Shown here: in pieces, positions 49,144 to 61,411 of the stretch
How positions within the stretch are numbered: the first letter of the stretch is position 1
Layout of the letters: each line of letters starts with the position of its first letter
Assembly: GCA_032718475.1 (NCBI GenBank)
Contig: JAUCBJ010007068.1
Coordinates: forward strand, 1-64,000
DNA from: Nemertoderma westbladi
Lineage: Eukaryota > Animalia > Xenacoelomorpha
Reading direction: 5' to 3'
DNA length: 64,000 nucleotides
Translations under genes and position numbers: made by a program
Notes under the pieces: model-generated
Database searches by the model: none
Told to the model about the DNA's origin: nothing
Seen by the model: the letters and a program-made list of their open reading frames with translations, nothing else

Positions 49144-52100
49144 GCACATCTTGAAGTTGTAGCCTTGGACCTTGTGGGACAAACACCGTCTAGGTTGGTG
49201 TGTGTATACCGACCCCAGACTTCATCGGAATCATGGTCGTCTGCTAAAGACGAGAGTTTATGTCGCTGCCTGACTGAGCTATGTGAGACTAAACATCCCG
49301 TAGCTATATTTGGCGATTTTAACTTGCCGTCGTTGAATTGGAAAAATTATGATCATCCTGATACCGAGTTATATAATTTATTTGCTAATTTTTCTCTAGA
49401 AAATGGGTTAACTCAATTGCAACATGAACCCACACGCTTTGACAACACATTAGATTTAGTTTTTTCTTCAGATGATTTGTTTATCTCAGATGTATTTGTC
49501 ACAACGCCCTTTTCCACTAGCGACCACTCTAGTGTGTGTTTTAGTATTTTGTCACCTAATCAGACAGAGTCAATTGAACTTAAATTAGGTTATTATGATT
49601 TTAGACACGCTAACTATGCAGATTTTTCAAAGTTTATTGACCGTAATAATTTTCGAAATGCGTTTGGTAATTGTAATACTGTTAATGAGTACTGGTCTGT
49701 TCTTAGTGATGCACTAAAATCTGGTATTGATAAATTTGTGCCATTTAAAATGTTCAAGGTCAATTCCAGAACTAAGCTGTTACCGGCCTATGTGAGAAAA
49801 CTTCAGAAAAATAAAAAAGCATTATGGCGCCGCAGACACACCATAAATGGAATGTCTGAATACAAACGTTGTGCTAAAGCCACTGCGAGAGCGGCGTTTA
49901 GAGCTGAATGCATTCGTGAAAACCATGTGCTTAGTTCTGGAAAGCCGGATGCAATATTTCAATTTGTAAACAGTAAGAGACACAACCGATCTGGTATTTC
50001 ACCCTTGAAATTTAAAGGGGACACTGTTGTCGATGATTGTACTAAGTCCAAAATTTTATCTCAGGTTTTTTCTGAAAACTTTACATTAGATAATGACACT
50101 TTACCTATTTTTAATCATAGAGTGCCTAATAATATTAGTAAATCAACAATCAATTTGTCTCCCTTAAACGTGTATACTATACTTCGTAAAATGGATGCGA
50201 AAGTGAGTAATACTCCAGATGGTTTACCTAGCTTCATGTATTCTAAGTTAGCTCGTTGTTTATGTAGTCCGTTGTCTGTTATATTTAATGTCTCGTTTGT
50301 CACTCATGCTTTACCTACTGTGTGGTTAACTGCAAATATTGTGCCGATATTTAAGAAGGGCAACCCCACTGACCCATACAATTACCGCCCAGTTTCACTT
50401 ACCTGTGTAGCGTGCAAGCTAATGGAACTCTGTGTTAAATCCGAACTAGCTGATTACTTACGAACGAATAAAATTATAACGAAGGCGCAACACGGATTCA
50501 TGAAACGTCGATCCACATGCACCCAGCTTTTAACCTGTTCAAACGAATGGTTTAAGGTATTAGACTTTCGCCATAAAGTTGATGTGGTGTACATTGACTT
50601 AGCCAAAGCATTCGATTCGGTTGTGCACAATAAATTGATCCACAAATTGGCTAGTTACGGAATTACTGGTAACTTATTACTTTGGATTGGTGCGTTCCTT
50701 AGTGATCGTAGACAATGTGTAGTTGTTGGTAATAGTACCTCGGAATTTGTAAAGGTTATATCTGGTACTGTACAAGGCAGTGTACTGGGGCCGCTATTGT
50801 TCCTGCTATATGTAAACGATCTTCCTGCACAACTAGAAAACGTTTCCTGTGATCTATTTGCAGATGACTTAAAAATACACGCGCGTTCATCTGATAGCGA
50901 TTTGCTTCACGCAGCACTTCGTAGTCTGGAGAAGTGGACAGCCGAATGGCAACTTACTATAGCGGCTCACAAGTGCACTGTAGTTCATTTTGGTGGTAAA
51001 CAAATAGATGTCCCGAAACAATATTTTCTTAACGGTATGTTACTTAAGCCCGATACAGAATGTAGAGATTTAGGCGTAACTTTTAGCGATAATTTAAAAT
51101 TCGATCGACATTGTAAAGTTCAAGCTGCTAAAGGTTTTAAGATCGCAAATTTAATTTTTAGGTGCTTCCATACCAGTAATGTAAAAGCTTTATTAACGGC
51201 ATATAAAGCGTACGTTCGGCCGCTGGTAGAATATTGTACTCCCGTATGGTCCCCTTTCCAACTGGGCTCCATTGATCTGATCGAAAGAGTCCAGCGTTAT
51301 TTCACGCGTAGGTTATTTGCTCGATGCCGACTAGGTAATATAACCTACATGGAGCGTTTGCAGTTTTTGGACTTACAACCTCTAGAAGTCCGTAGGTTAA
51401 TTTTCGATTTAAAAATGACATACTCCATTATTCACAATTGTGTTGATTTGGATTTTGATTCCTTTTTCACTGGTGCGAGTACACTTAACACAAGAGGTCA
51501 TAATTTTAAACTGTTTCAATTTCGCGCTAGACTCCAAATTAGTAAATTTCGTTTTAGTAACCGAGTTGTTTCAATGTGGAATAATTTATCGGATGACATA
51601 GTGAACTCATCCAACAAAGATATTTTTACGTCTAGATTGAAGGAGGCAAATCTACTAACCTATTGTAAATTTAATCGATTGCTATAATTTTTATTTCAAT
51701 ATTTTTAGACGCTATTGAATTACCCTGTATTTTTATACTGTATATATGTATTTTATTTTTTAGACTGGACAAGTTTTACTGGACTGCCAAGTCGATTTTA
51801 ATGTATGTTGTCTTACTAGATATATTTTACTGCAGTACTGGACTGCATAGACGTTGGAAATCAAATTTTCTTACTGTAGGCTAATTTTATTATGTCAAAT
51901 TCATTTCTTAATGTACTGATATATGTTTTTATGTCACACTAATGTTTTACTGTATATTTTTTTAGACTGAGACTATTCATGCAATATTGTTAGTTGTCGG
52001 TATTGTACATGGATTAATATTAAGTTGTAGGATATTTAGTGTTGTCTTTCACCTATTAGTGTTAATTTTAACCTTGGTGATTTTCTCCCTCTATTAATAA
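49144..52100 (+). mobile_element. 5'-truncated CR1-clade LINE with AT-rich 3' UTR
   Basis: The ORF begins inside the APE domain (VCVYRP, GDFNLP, PTR..NTLDL, SDH). The 3' boundary is approximate. Confidence 0.9.
49165..51687 (+). CDS. CR1 ORF2: partial AP endonuclease plus reverse transcriptase, 840 aa uninterrupted
   Basis: NYRPVSLT, YIDLAKAFDSV, QGSVLGPLLF, LFADD, RPLVEYCTPVWSP and TRGHNFKL. No ATG start (5'-truncated). Confidence 0.93.
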   Translation: MDLVGQTPSRLVCVYRPQTSSESWSSAKDESLCRCLTELCETKHPVAIFGDFNLPSLNWKNYDHPDTELYNLFANFSLENGLTQLQHEPTRFDNTLDLVFSSDDLFISDVFVTTPFSTSDHSSVCFSILSPNQTESIELKLGYYDFRHANYADFSKFIDRNNFRNAFGNCNTVNEYWSVLSDALKSGIDKFVPFKMFKVNSRTKLLPAYVRKLQKNKKALWRRRHTINGMSEYKRCAKATARAAFRAECIRENHVLSSGKPDAIFQFVNSKRHNRSGISPLKFKGDTVVDDCTKSKILSQVFSENFTLDNDTLPIFNHRVPNNISKSTINLSPLNVYTILRKMDAKVSNTPDGLPSFMYSKLARCLCSPLSVIFNVSFVTHALPTVWLTANIVPIFKKGNPTDPYNYRPVSLTCVACKLMELCVKSELADYLRTNKIITKAQHGFMKRRSTCTQLLTCSNEWFKVLDFRHKVDVVYIDLAKAFDSVVHNKLIHKLASYGITGNLLLWIGAFLSDRRQCVVVGNSTSEFVKVISGTVQGSVLGPLLFLLYVNDLPAQLENVSCDLFADDLKIHARSSDSDLLHAALRSLEKWTAEWQLTIAAHKCTVVHFGGKQIDVPKQYFLNGMLLKPDTECRDLGVTFSDNLKFDRHCKVQAAKGFKIANLIFRCFHTSNVKALLTAYKAYVRPLVEYCTPVWSPFQLGSIDLIERVQRYFTRRLFARCRLGNITYMERLQFLDLQPLEVRRLIFDLKMTYSIIHNCVDLDFDSFFTGASTLNTRGHNFKLFQFRARLQISKFRFSNRVVSMWNNLSDDIVNSSNKDIFTSRLKEANLLTYCKFNRLL

Positions 52101-52834
52101 TTGTACAGGTAAGCACTGCAGCACTGATAAATAACGGTAAGCCAATTGCCAATGCTGCAATGGCAGAAATGGAGACAGGACAGCAACAAAATCAGAAAAT
52201 TTCCACCAACATGGTCAGACGGTCTGCCAGTCTGCGACTGTGCGATAGACGAACTGGCGAAGGTGGAAGGCGACACGGTCAGCTAACTGGCTAAGCAGTG
52301 TGCAGGGGTGGAAAAAACAAACCCCCTGCGGCAGGGGCCCTGCAGCCCTGCCCCTATTGACCAGACCAGAGCCAGACCCAGTAGGTCTTTTTTAAAGAAA
52401 AAAATAGGTTTAGGTTTTTGCTTATTAGGTTTTTTTTTTAAAAAAACCTTCGCTTACCGGTCACCGGTAGGTACGGTCCACGGTCAGACGGTAGGCCTAG
52501 GTTTTTTAAGATTTTTATTATATAGAGAGGCCTGTCTGCCTGTAGCGCTGTACTGCTGCAGGCTGCAGGCCCGGCAGCCCGGCCCTACAGTCGGGTACGG
52601 TACATACGTGACATAAAATTAAATAAAGTCCAAATTTAAATATTTCCATTTAAATTTAAACTCTTTTTTAAATTTGAATATTTTCATAAATATTTGAAAA
52701 TGTTAGTTAGGCCTATCAAAATTACTCAATTGTGACAGTGTGAGATTTTAAGGAAAATTACATACATTAGGACAGACAGACATTTGACAAGTGATAATAA
52801 GTGTTTTTGGCGGGTCCGAGGGTCCGACGAATTT

Positions 52835-53050
52835 GTACAAAAAAGTACCGGTACAAGAAAATACAAAATAGGCCTAGTACAATCAGACAATAGGCCTATA
52901 GTACAAAAGAATACAAAAGAGTACAATAAAGTGCAAAATAGTACAAAAGAGTGCAAAAATAGTACAAAAGAATACAAAAGAGTAGGCCTACAATAAAGTG
53001 CAAAAATAGTACAAAAGAGTGCAAAAATAGTACAAAAGAGTAGGCCTACA
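52835..53050. repeat. Degenerate ~11-bp repeat (gtacaaaaga/gtgcaaaaata)
   Basis: Visible low-complexity tandem units. Confidence 0.7.
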
Positions 53051-53107
53051 AACGAGTGAGAAACGCTTGCAAAACGTGTTGCCAAGTGTAGTTCAAATCG
53101 TTTAGAG

Positions 53108-53552
53108 CAGTCAGGAACACTGGTCACAATATGTCCAATTTACAGCCAGAATGTGTCCGCGGAAAACGCTCTCAGAGTGAAATTTCTCCATAGAAAACAA
53201 TGCTAAATTTCATTTGAAAACCGGCAGTGAAATTTTAACATTGGCATTCTAAAAATTAGAATCGCCATAAAATTCTGTATACATTCAGACATTAATTTGA
53301 GAATTAGAATCTCATCGTTGCACGTTGGGACAGTGGGATAACTAACTATCATAATATTAAAAATAAAAATGTGCCCAGCTTCTGCTTTGAGTAGGTACGA
53401 ATGGAGTTACAGCAAAAATATGTCCAGAAATATAATCGCAGCCTGTGAAGGACAAATAGTGGCTGCACGGACACTTTCTGGCTGTAAATATGTGGACAAT
53501 TTTTGGCTGAGCTTCAGCCAGAAAGTGACCAGTCTGCCAGTGTTCCTAACTG
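53108..53552. mobile_element. MITE with 16-bp TIRs
   Basis: cagtcaggaacactgg ... ccagtgttcctaactg, flanked on both sides by tagag. Confidence 0.65.
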
Positions 53553-53929
53553 TAGAGGGGCGCACTATCAGACTATGATCCATCCATCAGTCAGTCAGTC
53601 CTTTGTTCATTCTCATTGTCCTCCAGTCCTGGACTCGATTGCCAATCTGCCAATCCAATATACCGGCTGACCCAGTGACCGGTACTGATATAGCAATATA
53701 CTGATATAGGCCTATCTAAAAGTAAATTTTACATCAAGTCCTGAAGTCTGTTAATCACTAATCGTAATGCATAATGGACTGGCACTGGAATTTTGTTTAT
53801 AGCTGATAGGCTGAACATGGAATAGGATTAGGCCTATCAGAATGTCAGATAATTTAATACGGCTGTGCTGTACGGCCCTTTTTGCTGATTTGATATAACA
53901 GTAACAGTATAAACAGATAAAACGGTAAA

Positions 53930-54230
53930 ACGAACTTAGATCCTGCAAGGCCTGACTTTGATGAACAGATCTTTGCGAACGTAGATCGTAACTACTGAAC
54001 TACCGGTAGGTGAACTTAGATCCTAATTAGGTAAACTTAGATCCTAACCAGGTGAACTTAGATCCTAACTAGGTAAACTTAGATCCTAACCAGGTGAACT
54101 TAGATCCTAACTAGGTGAACGTGAACTTAGATCCTAACTAGCTGACTAGTTGAACTTAGATCCCAATTTATGCTATTACTGTATTTGGTAGGCTAATCAT
54201 CATGCTTGTCGCGAAGCGAACTTAGATCCC
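53930..54230. repeat. ~21-bp tandem repeat (gaacttagatcctaacyaggt)
   Basis: Multiple visible copies. Confidence 0.8.
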
Positions 54231-55477
54231 ACGTGTACTGTACGTTGGCCGTGTTCTATCGATACTATAGTATATTGTACTGTCAATGCTGCAATGTACT
54301 ATCAATCTGGGCGTAAAAATTTATTTATATATTGATAACTGAATTATAATTAAAAAATGTAATATATTTCGCCTATTTAAGAAAGGGAATGGGAAAATGA
54401 AAAAATCAAAAGTTGTAGAGAAACATCGACTTACAGTCTCTATGTCATTCTAGATGTCATTTCTCAAACTAGATACATTTTCTCTTACCTAACTCTTACC
54501 AACTCAATCCTGCTACTCACTGTTAGTCTGTCCGGTTTTACTCAAACTCGCGCCTCCACCATCTATCTGTGGCATTCATAGAACATGCAGTGAGTTACTG
54601 CCCACTGAGTTACTGCCCGCCGCCAGCCACTATTAAATTCACATTACACAATACCATTTGCTTGATTGACAGAAAGGCCTCTTACCACTACACAGTGGGC
54701 CAGAAACCCTGTGTTGTGGCCGAAATTTATCTTTTTTCGATTTTTCTTTTTTAAATTTTTTAATTGTAAATCATCATTGTTACCGTAACGACCAAGGCTA
54801 CTGGATCATTTTAGCAATAAACAAAGCGGCCCACGGAGGGGAGGGGAACCAACCCAGATGGGCAACCAGAGAATAAAAATGCTACTGTAGATTTGGTCTG
54901 CACCAAATCTATCATCCCCAAGTAAGGGCAACAATCTCACCCATTAAACCACACGGGAACCTTAGGTGTAACATACTGTCTGACTGGAGGCAATATGTAT
55001 AACATCCCTGTGTAACATACAGAGAAAGGCCAAGTTTGGCAGCTGAACATTAATCAGCAACCAGGCTGAGCCAAGCAGAGCCTCAGCTTTGGAGTCAAGT
55101 AATGTATATATTGGGTATAGCTATACAGTATTACCAAATAATTTATCTACAGACAAAGTGAAATAAATATATTATTTCCACAGCCAAACTTCTATTACCA
55201 CGCACCAGCGAAAGGAGCTTGTACACAACTGCTTAGGGGGTGGTGATTATAGATAAATAATTAATTAAATCTTGTACTGTTGCTGGTGCAACTACAAAAA
55301 ATAAATTAATATTCTGGAATCTTGAGAAAAGTACGTCATCTTACATCCGTGTTGCCAAAAGTATTTCTAGTTTTGTTTTAGGCGTCAATATTGTACCTGT
55401 AATTGCCTAACCGTGAAATTTACTGTAGCTGATAAATTTTAGGCAGATTTTTACAAATTATTACATTTCTGTACAAG

Positions 55478-55708
55478 TAGGCCTACAGTATATCGCGGTG
55501 TTTAAGGAGTCTATCCTCTGTGCATGTTTAATCTTATAGGCCTACATCACGGTGTTTAAGGAGTCTATCCTCTGTGCATGTTTAATCTTATAGGCCTACA
55601 TCGCGGTGTTTAAGGAGTTTATCCTCTTTGCATGTTTAATCTTATAGGCCTACATCGCGGTGTTTAAGGAGTTTATCCTCTTTGCATGTTTAATCTTATA
55701 GGCCTACA
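55478..55708. repeat. 54-bp tandem repeat, 4 copies
   Basis: tcgcggtgtttaaggag units at 55493, 55547, 55601 and 55655. Confidence 0.9.
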
Positions 55709-56199
55709 ACACAATTTTCTATACTATACCATCATAAATACTCTTTACTTTGAGTATACTGTTGTATAAGAGTTCTAGAAAATTTGAAATTATTTATTCA
55801 AGAACAAATGTTTTTGGTGCTACTTGCAAAGGCATACTTGGCGGGGGCGGCGGCGGGGGTGCGGGGGGGGGGGGGGGGGGGAGGGGGGGGGGCTCCACTA
55901 TAGTGAGTGTGCCCATATTTTAATTGTATACATGTCCCTTGTAATTACAAAATTAATTTAGATGGTGCCAGCCAGCTTCAACGAGATAATCCCCTTACGA
56001 CTTAGGCCGGGTTGCACACGTTGACTTAAGTTAAGTAGAAAACTTAAATTAAGTTTATGGTATTACGTTGCACAACAATTTTCTTAACTTAAGTAGATAC
56101 TTAAAATTTAGAGATAAGTGTCTATTTTTAAGTCTGCCAAAAACGAATCTTAGTGAATTTATTATTAGCTATTATTACAATTATTTAATATTAAATTGG

Positions 56200-57217
56200 A
56201 CATTTCAGTGTTACCAATATTATGTTTACCTCAGAATAGGAATTCGTACCCCACGCGGCCATACATTTACGAACTGTATAATGAAACAGTCAACTTATGA
56301 CCGATTCGGTTCTGCAAGGACAATTTTCGGTATATCTGCAATCTGATTCGTCTCGACAGAATCCAAGCTGGAAACAAAGGCCTGACCGTTGAAGTTGAAG
56401 CTGGCAGTGGCCCTACTATTTTATGCAAGTGTGAGCTTCCTGAATCTAGCTGGAGACAGTTTGACAATTCACAAATCATCTACTAGTCGAGCCGTTCCGG
56501 ATGTTTCAAACACCCTGACCCGAAAATTAGACCAGTTTGTGAAATTCCCTTCTACACCCAGCGAAATTCAAAAAGTTTAAGCGGAATTCTTTGAAATTGC
56601 TGGTTTTCCTGGAGTTACTAACGCCATTGACGCAACTATGTGAAAATCCCTGCTCCTTACAGCGATCAAGCGCCATACTACATTAACAGAAAAGGGTACA
56701 GTAGCATTAAACGTTCAAGCAATTTGTGATGCAAAATGTCAATTTTTGAACGCTAAACTGGCCAGAAAGTGCCCATGACGCCCGTATTTGGTCCAATAGC
56801 TCACTTGGAATGGAGTACGATCAGGGAAAATGAAAGGAACTCATTTTAGGCGATAGTGGCTATACGTATACACCTCTTCTTTTAACTCCGCTTCTTAACC
56901 CAAATCCACAGACTAAAGCGGAAATTAATTACAACTGGGCGCAAATCCAGACCATCAAGACACGCAATACAGTTGAAAGGGCATTTGGACAGTTAAAGAG
57001 AAAGTTCCATTGCTTGCATGGCGAAATTAGAATGCAGCCAGTTCGAGTCTGCCGCGTAATTTCGGCTTGTTTCGTATTGCACAATATTGCCAAAATAAGG
57101 GGTGAACAGTTTGAGGAAGACGAGGACGTGGAAGAATTAGATAACAGTGAAGATTATTCTGGTTCACAAAATGGTCAAACGTATCGTGCACATTTTATTC
57201 AGAAGTATTTTGGATAA
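56200..57217 (+). pseudogene. Harbinger (HARBI1-like) DDE transposase, disrupted
   Basis: Fragments IAGFPGVTNAID, YINRKGYSS, HDARIW, LGDSGY, RNTVERAFGQLKRKFHCL and ACFVLHNIA spread over several frames with stops (e.g. TAA at 56578). Confidence 0.9.
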
Positions 57218-57341
57218 AAAAGGATATTGTTTCCAAATTATATATCAAACTAGCACACCATTGTACTGTACTTTAGACAACTGTAGATTACATAATGAAT
57301 ATTATGAATTGCACAATATTAAACATTCATATTATACAGTA

Positions 57342-58178
57342 CTACTGTATATTATTTGCACTGTTTTCATATTCACAAATAGTCTCCAGAAACAAAATAT
57401 CCGCAGCTGCATCCACCATGCCATTAGGAGCCGGGGGAGGCAGCAGACCAGTAAGAGCCGAAACTTCTGCTTTTGTTTTAATTGTCTTCAGATAGATAAG
57501 ATAGCGGTTCTCTCGGATAAACTGGCGATTCTCCGCGATCAGCAGGTTCTGCGCCTCCAATGGTGAAATCAATGTGTCCTGAGAGCGGGACCCTTTTTTT
57601 TGCGGATGAGAAGAGTAGTCTGGGTTTCGAGGAGTGGAAGCCTGTTTAAAGTAGCCCCCTGGCGACTTCAGGCTCTGGCCCAAGTCCATCAGGATCTGGC
57701 CGTCCTCTTCATGGTCTGGTTGGTCATTACCCTGACTAACCGTGACCGGGATAGCTGCAACCGATGCGCCACTTTCTGCACCCGACTGTATTCCTTTCAG
57801 GATTTGCCCTTTGGACCCATGAACAATATCGTACAGTTTCAGGATGAAAACTTTCGGAGTTTTAGGCTCTGGTCCGCCGCCAGTCTCATGGTATTTTGCT
57901 GCGCGTGCGTAAACTTTCATGGAATCTTTCAGATTGTTTAGCTTCTTCTCGAGCCCATCGAGACTCCGTTTTACATCGGGATTTGACCTTAAGTATGACT
58001 CCAAGATAGCTTCCCACTTCTTAGATTTTGAATCTGCATTTATTCCTCTAGATTTGTCGAAACTGGCAATGAGATGAGTATGGTGAGGTTCATACAACTC
58101 GACCAGAGTGCAGCAATCCTTGTCAGTCCAATTAGCTTCCCTAGTTTTAGCTTCTTTCGCTGCAGGGGCCATTTTCAA
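57342..58178 (-). CDS. Harbinger Myb/SANT-like (trihelix) DNA-binding protein, intact 278-aa ORF
   Basis: REANWTDKDCCTLVELY...KKWEAI...KKLNNLK...TGGGP, the Myb-like N-terminus plus TGGG motif typical of Harbinger ORF1/NAIF1-like proteins. Probable start is the ATG at 58172. Confidence 0.85.
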   Translation of the reverse strand: MKMAPAAKEAKTREANWTDKDCCTLVELYEPHHTHLIASFDKSRGINADSKSKKWEAILESYLRSNPDVKRSLDGLEKKLNNLKDSMKVYARAAKYHETGGGPEPKTPKVFILKLYDIVHGSKGQILKGIQSGAESGASVAAIPVTVSQGNDQPDHEEDGQILMDLGQSLKSPGGYFKQASTPRNPDYSSHPQKKGSRSQDTLISPLEAQNLLIAENRQFIRENRYLIYLKTIKTKAEVSALTGLLPPPAPNGMVDAAADILFLETICEYENSANNIQ

Positions 58179-60042
58179 AAAATGGGCTTGCTAAAAATGT
58201 TTGTTGTATGATAGATGGTGCATTCAAATAATACTTTAAAGAAAAGAGATTCCAGAGAACTGGGTTCTTGTGTAACTAAAGCAACTAACTACATAATGTC
58301 GTTATTAATTCCTCGTTTTTATATAATCATTGTTATTGTTGTTATGTTGCTATGCAACGTTAAGCAATTCCTTGCACTGTTAGCCTGGCTCTTTCCAGCG
58401 TTGCAACACTACTGTGGTTATTCTGAGTAATTCATATAGCTAGTTTTTGTTAGCTAGTAAATTTTTTTTTAAATTATATTGTCTTGTAATTTTATTTGGA
58501 ATACAACACTTTACTTGGAAAGTCAAAATATTCTAGAATAAGTAAAAATATGTAACGTAAATATATTATATAGAATTCTTTTTTAAATAGCTAGGTAGTA
58601 TTTTGAAAAATAGTAGCTACCATAAAAAATTATATTGGATGAATGTAGTCTATATTCTAGAACGAAATATTTAAAAATCAAAGACACTTTATAGCCAGTG
58701 GAAAGCAATTGCATGGCGGTGTCGACATGGCGAACTAGTACCGTTCTGATTTTTTAACTTAAGTACCTACTTAGTTAAGAAAACTTAACTTTAGAATGAG
58801 CAACGCAATTTTACTTAAGTCTAAGTGCCTACTTAACTAAGTTGCAACTTAAGTAAAAAATAGACACTTAACTTAAGTCAACGTGTGCAACCCGGCCAAT
58901 GTCGATCTGATTACAAAGTAATACATATAGACTGTAAATACAATATAATTAATATATATTTATTACTAGCTACCATATAATAAACACTAGCTACCAATAA
59001 ATTACCAGCTACTACAAAATCGAATGCCCATCAATAATATCACATAATAAATATTTGAAAAACCATCAATCCTATGCTAAAATCGTCCCTTATGGTCGGT
59101 CGGTCACACAAGCTATAGTACTGCCGGTTTTTTTTGATCTGGAACAAAATTTGGCCTCCTGATAGTAAGATGGTAGCTAGTAGTAATTTTGATTCTTGTA
59201 CTTTTTACTAAGGTAACTAATTAAAAAACATATTTAAATTTTCTTTTAAACAAAATCATATTTAATTTAAACATCAATAATATTTATTTGGTATACACTT
59301 CTTAGTCACCCAATAGCTACTAGGTAGCTAATACTAGGTAGCTAGTAAATAACTTGGCCTACTCTCTAGTCATGGTAGCCAGTACCTATATTTACTAGCT
59401 TGGTGTTTATTAGTGTTTTCCAAACAAATTATTTATGTGTTTATAAATGCACATTTTTTATGACATTATTGTTCAGGAAGATAAATTATCGCTTAGTCGC
59501 CTAGCACTAATTCGATATGGGTCACCCAATTTTGAAAATTTACAAAATCACCTAAAATTCTATATCTTTTATGAATTATATATCTATTAAATTCAATATA
59601 AATCATTTATAGGTGCTTTTTAAGAGATAGGCCTACTCGCCTGGCAGCACATCAAACTGGGGGAGGATGCAATCGTAGAGGGTTAGGGTTAGGAATTAGT
59701 CACACTAGCCTGGGAGGCGCGTAGCAGTTGGGTTAGGAATTAGTCACACTAGCCTGGGAGGCGCGTAGCAGTTGGGTTAGGAAATAGTCACACTAGCCTG
59801 GGAGGCGCGTAGCAGTTGGGTTAGGAAATAGGGATAGTTCTTTTTACAGAACACAGCAGAACACAGTAGAACACAGCAGAACACAATAGAATACAGGCGG
59901 AACATAGGCGAACACAGCTGTAATTAAAATCTACACCAAAAAATAACACACTTGGGAAAGTACCGGACTTAATCATACAACTGTAAGATGTCAATTACAT
60001 ATTTAAATTAAAAGGCGGTTTTCCATATCCTCCAATATAAAT

Positions 60043-61411
60043 CGCAATAATTTTTATTGTCCGTTTAAATCCTTTTTTTGTCCTTTTTTTTATTTTTTAT
60101 GTCCTCCAAAAGTCTAATGTTAGGTTCCATGCTACCGGTTTCTCTACTGCTGTTCTCTCAGGCTATCAGTACCGGTATTAGTATATACAGTATAGCATTA
60201 TTTTGCTGAATTGTATGTACAGATGTAGGTATAAAGCAGGTATTTCTGTATTTTAGTACCGGCACCGGTACTGCTATAGGCCTACTGTGTAGCCTACCAT
60301 TTAAATACGGTAATGGTAGGCCTACCGGTTGTGCTAATAAATTTTAAATAATTGATAGGCCAAACTGGATTGGAGGATTTTTAAAATGTGGATATACCTT
60401 TCACATAATTTAGGCCTATTACTGTATTAGTTTTATCGTCTCTGTAACCTGCTCCTTTCCCTCAATTAGTTAAATTATCGTTTATTGTTTTGGTTAGAAA
60501 ATCCCGCCTCTGTAACCTACCCCTTTCCCTCAATTAGTTAAATGATCGTTTATTGTTTTGGTTAGAAAATCCCGCCTCTGTAACCTGCTCCTTTCCCTGA
60601 ATTGGTAAAGTGACCGTTTATTGTTTTGGTTAGAAAGGCCCGCCTCTGTAACCTGCCCCTTTCCCTCAATTAGTTAAATGATCGTTTATTGTTTTGGTTA
60701 GAAAATCCCGCCTCTGTAACCTGCTCCTTTCCCTCAATTAGTTAAGTGATCGTTTATTGTTTTGGTTAGAAAATTCCGCCTCTGTAACCTGTCCCTTTCC
60801 CTCAATTAGTTAAATGATCGTTTATTGTTTTGGTTAGAAAATCCCGCCTCTGTAACCTGCTCCTTTCCCTCAATAAGTTAAGTGATCGTTTATTGTTTTG
60901 GTTAGAAAATCCCGCCTCTGTAACCTGCTCCTTTCCCTCAATTAGTTAAGTGATCGTTTATTGTTTTGGTTAGAAAATCCCGTCTCTGTAACCTGCTCCT
61001 TTCCCTGATTTGGTAAAGTGACTGTTTATTGTTTTGGTTAGAAAACTCGGCCTTAACCTGCTCCTTTCCATCAATTGGTAATTGTTTTTGGCTATAAAAT
61101 GAGTGTTTTGCTACGTCATGTGGTATTCGATTATCGACTTATCGACTTATCTTTTTACCACAGGCGCATATGGAAATCTATCTCATAGTCTATAAATCAT
61201 AGAATCATGGAATGTTTTGGCACAGGCATAGTGAAATCAACTGTCTGACAGTCCAGAAATCAGCAGTCTGACAGTTTGAAGAAATACATACATAAAAAAA
61301 GTCATTAAAAGGACAATAAAAATCATTAAATGGACAACAAAAGTCATTATGCATAATTCGTAAAAAAAAATGACAAAAAAGTCAAATAAAAGGACATAAA
61401 AAATCACTGCC
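60043..61411. mobile_element. Second Mutator-like element nested in the left TIR of the outer one
   Basis: aatataaat duplicated at 60034-60042 and 61412-61420; imperfect TIRs cgcaataattttta / taaaaaatcactgcc. The outer TIR resumes after it (aatataaattac versus right-arm gtaatttattttggagg). Confidence 0.7.
60438..61090 (+). repeat. 68-bp tandem repeat, about 9.5 copies
   Basis: tgtaacc recurs at 60443, 60511, 60579 and onward (period 68). Confidence 0.95.

Larger units (their letters stand above)
56005..58897. mobile_element. PIF/Harbinger DNA transposon, both TIRs present
   Basis: TIR ggccgggttgcacacgttgacttaagttaagt / acttaacttaagtcaacgtgtgcaacccggcc, with subterminal acttaagt repeats and convergent transposase and Myb-like genes. 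The flanks tta/aat are not a perfect TSD. Confidence 0.93.

Noticed and set aside
54691-54720. CACAGTG (RSS/Transib-like heptamer)
   Set aside because: No matching inverted end, nonamer or transposase found.
55840-55892. Poly-G tracts (also 9380-9402 and 47976-47991)
   Set aside because: Simple homopolymers of uncertain length; nothing specific supports a function.
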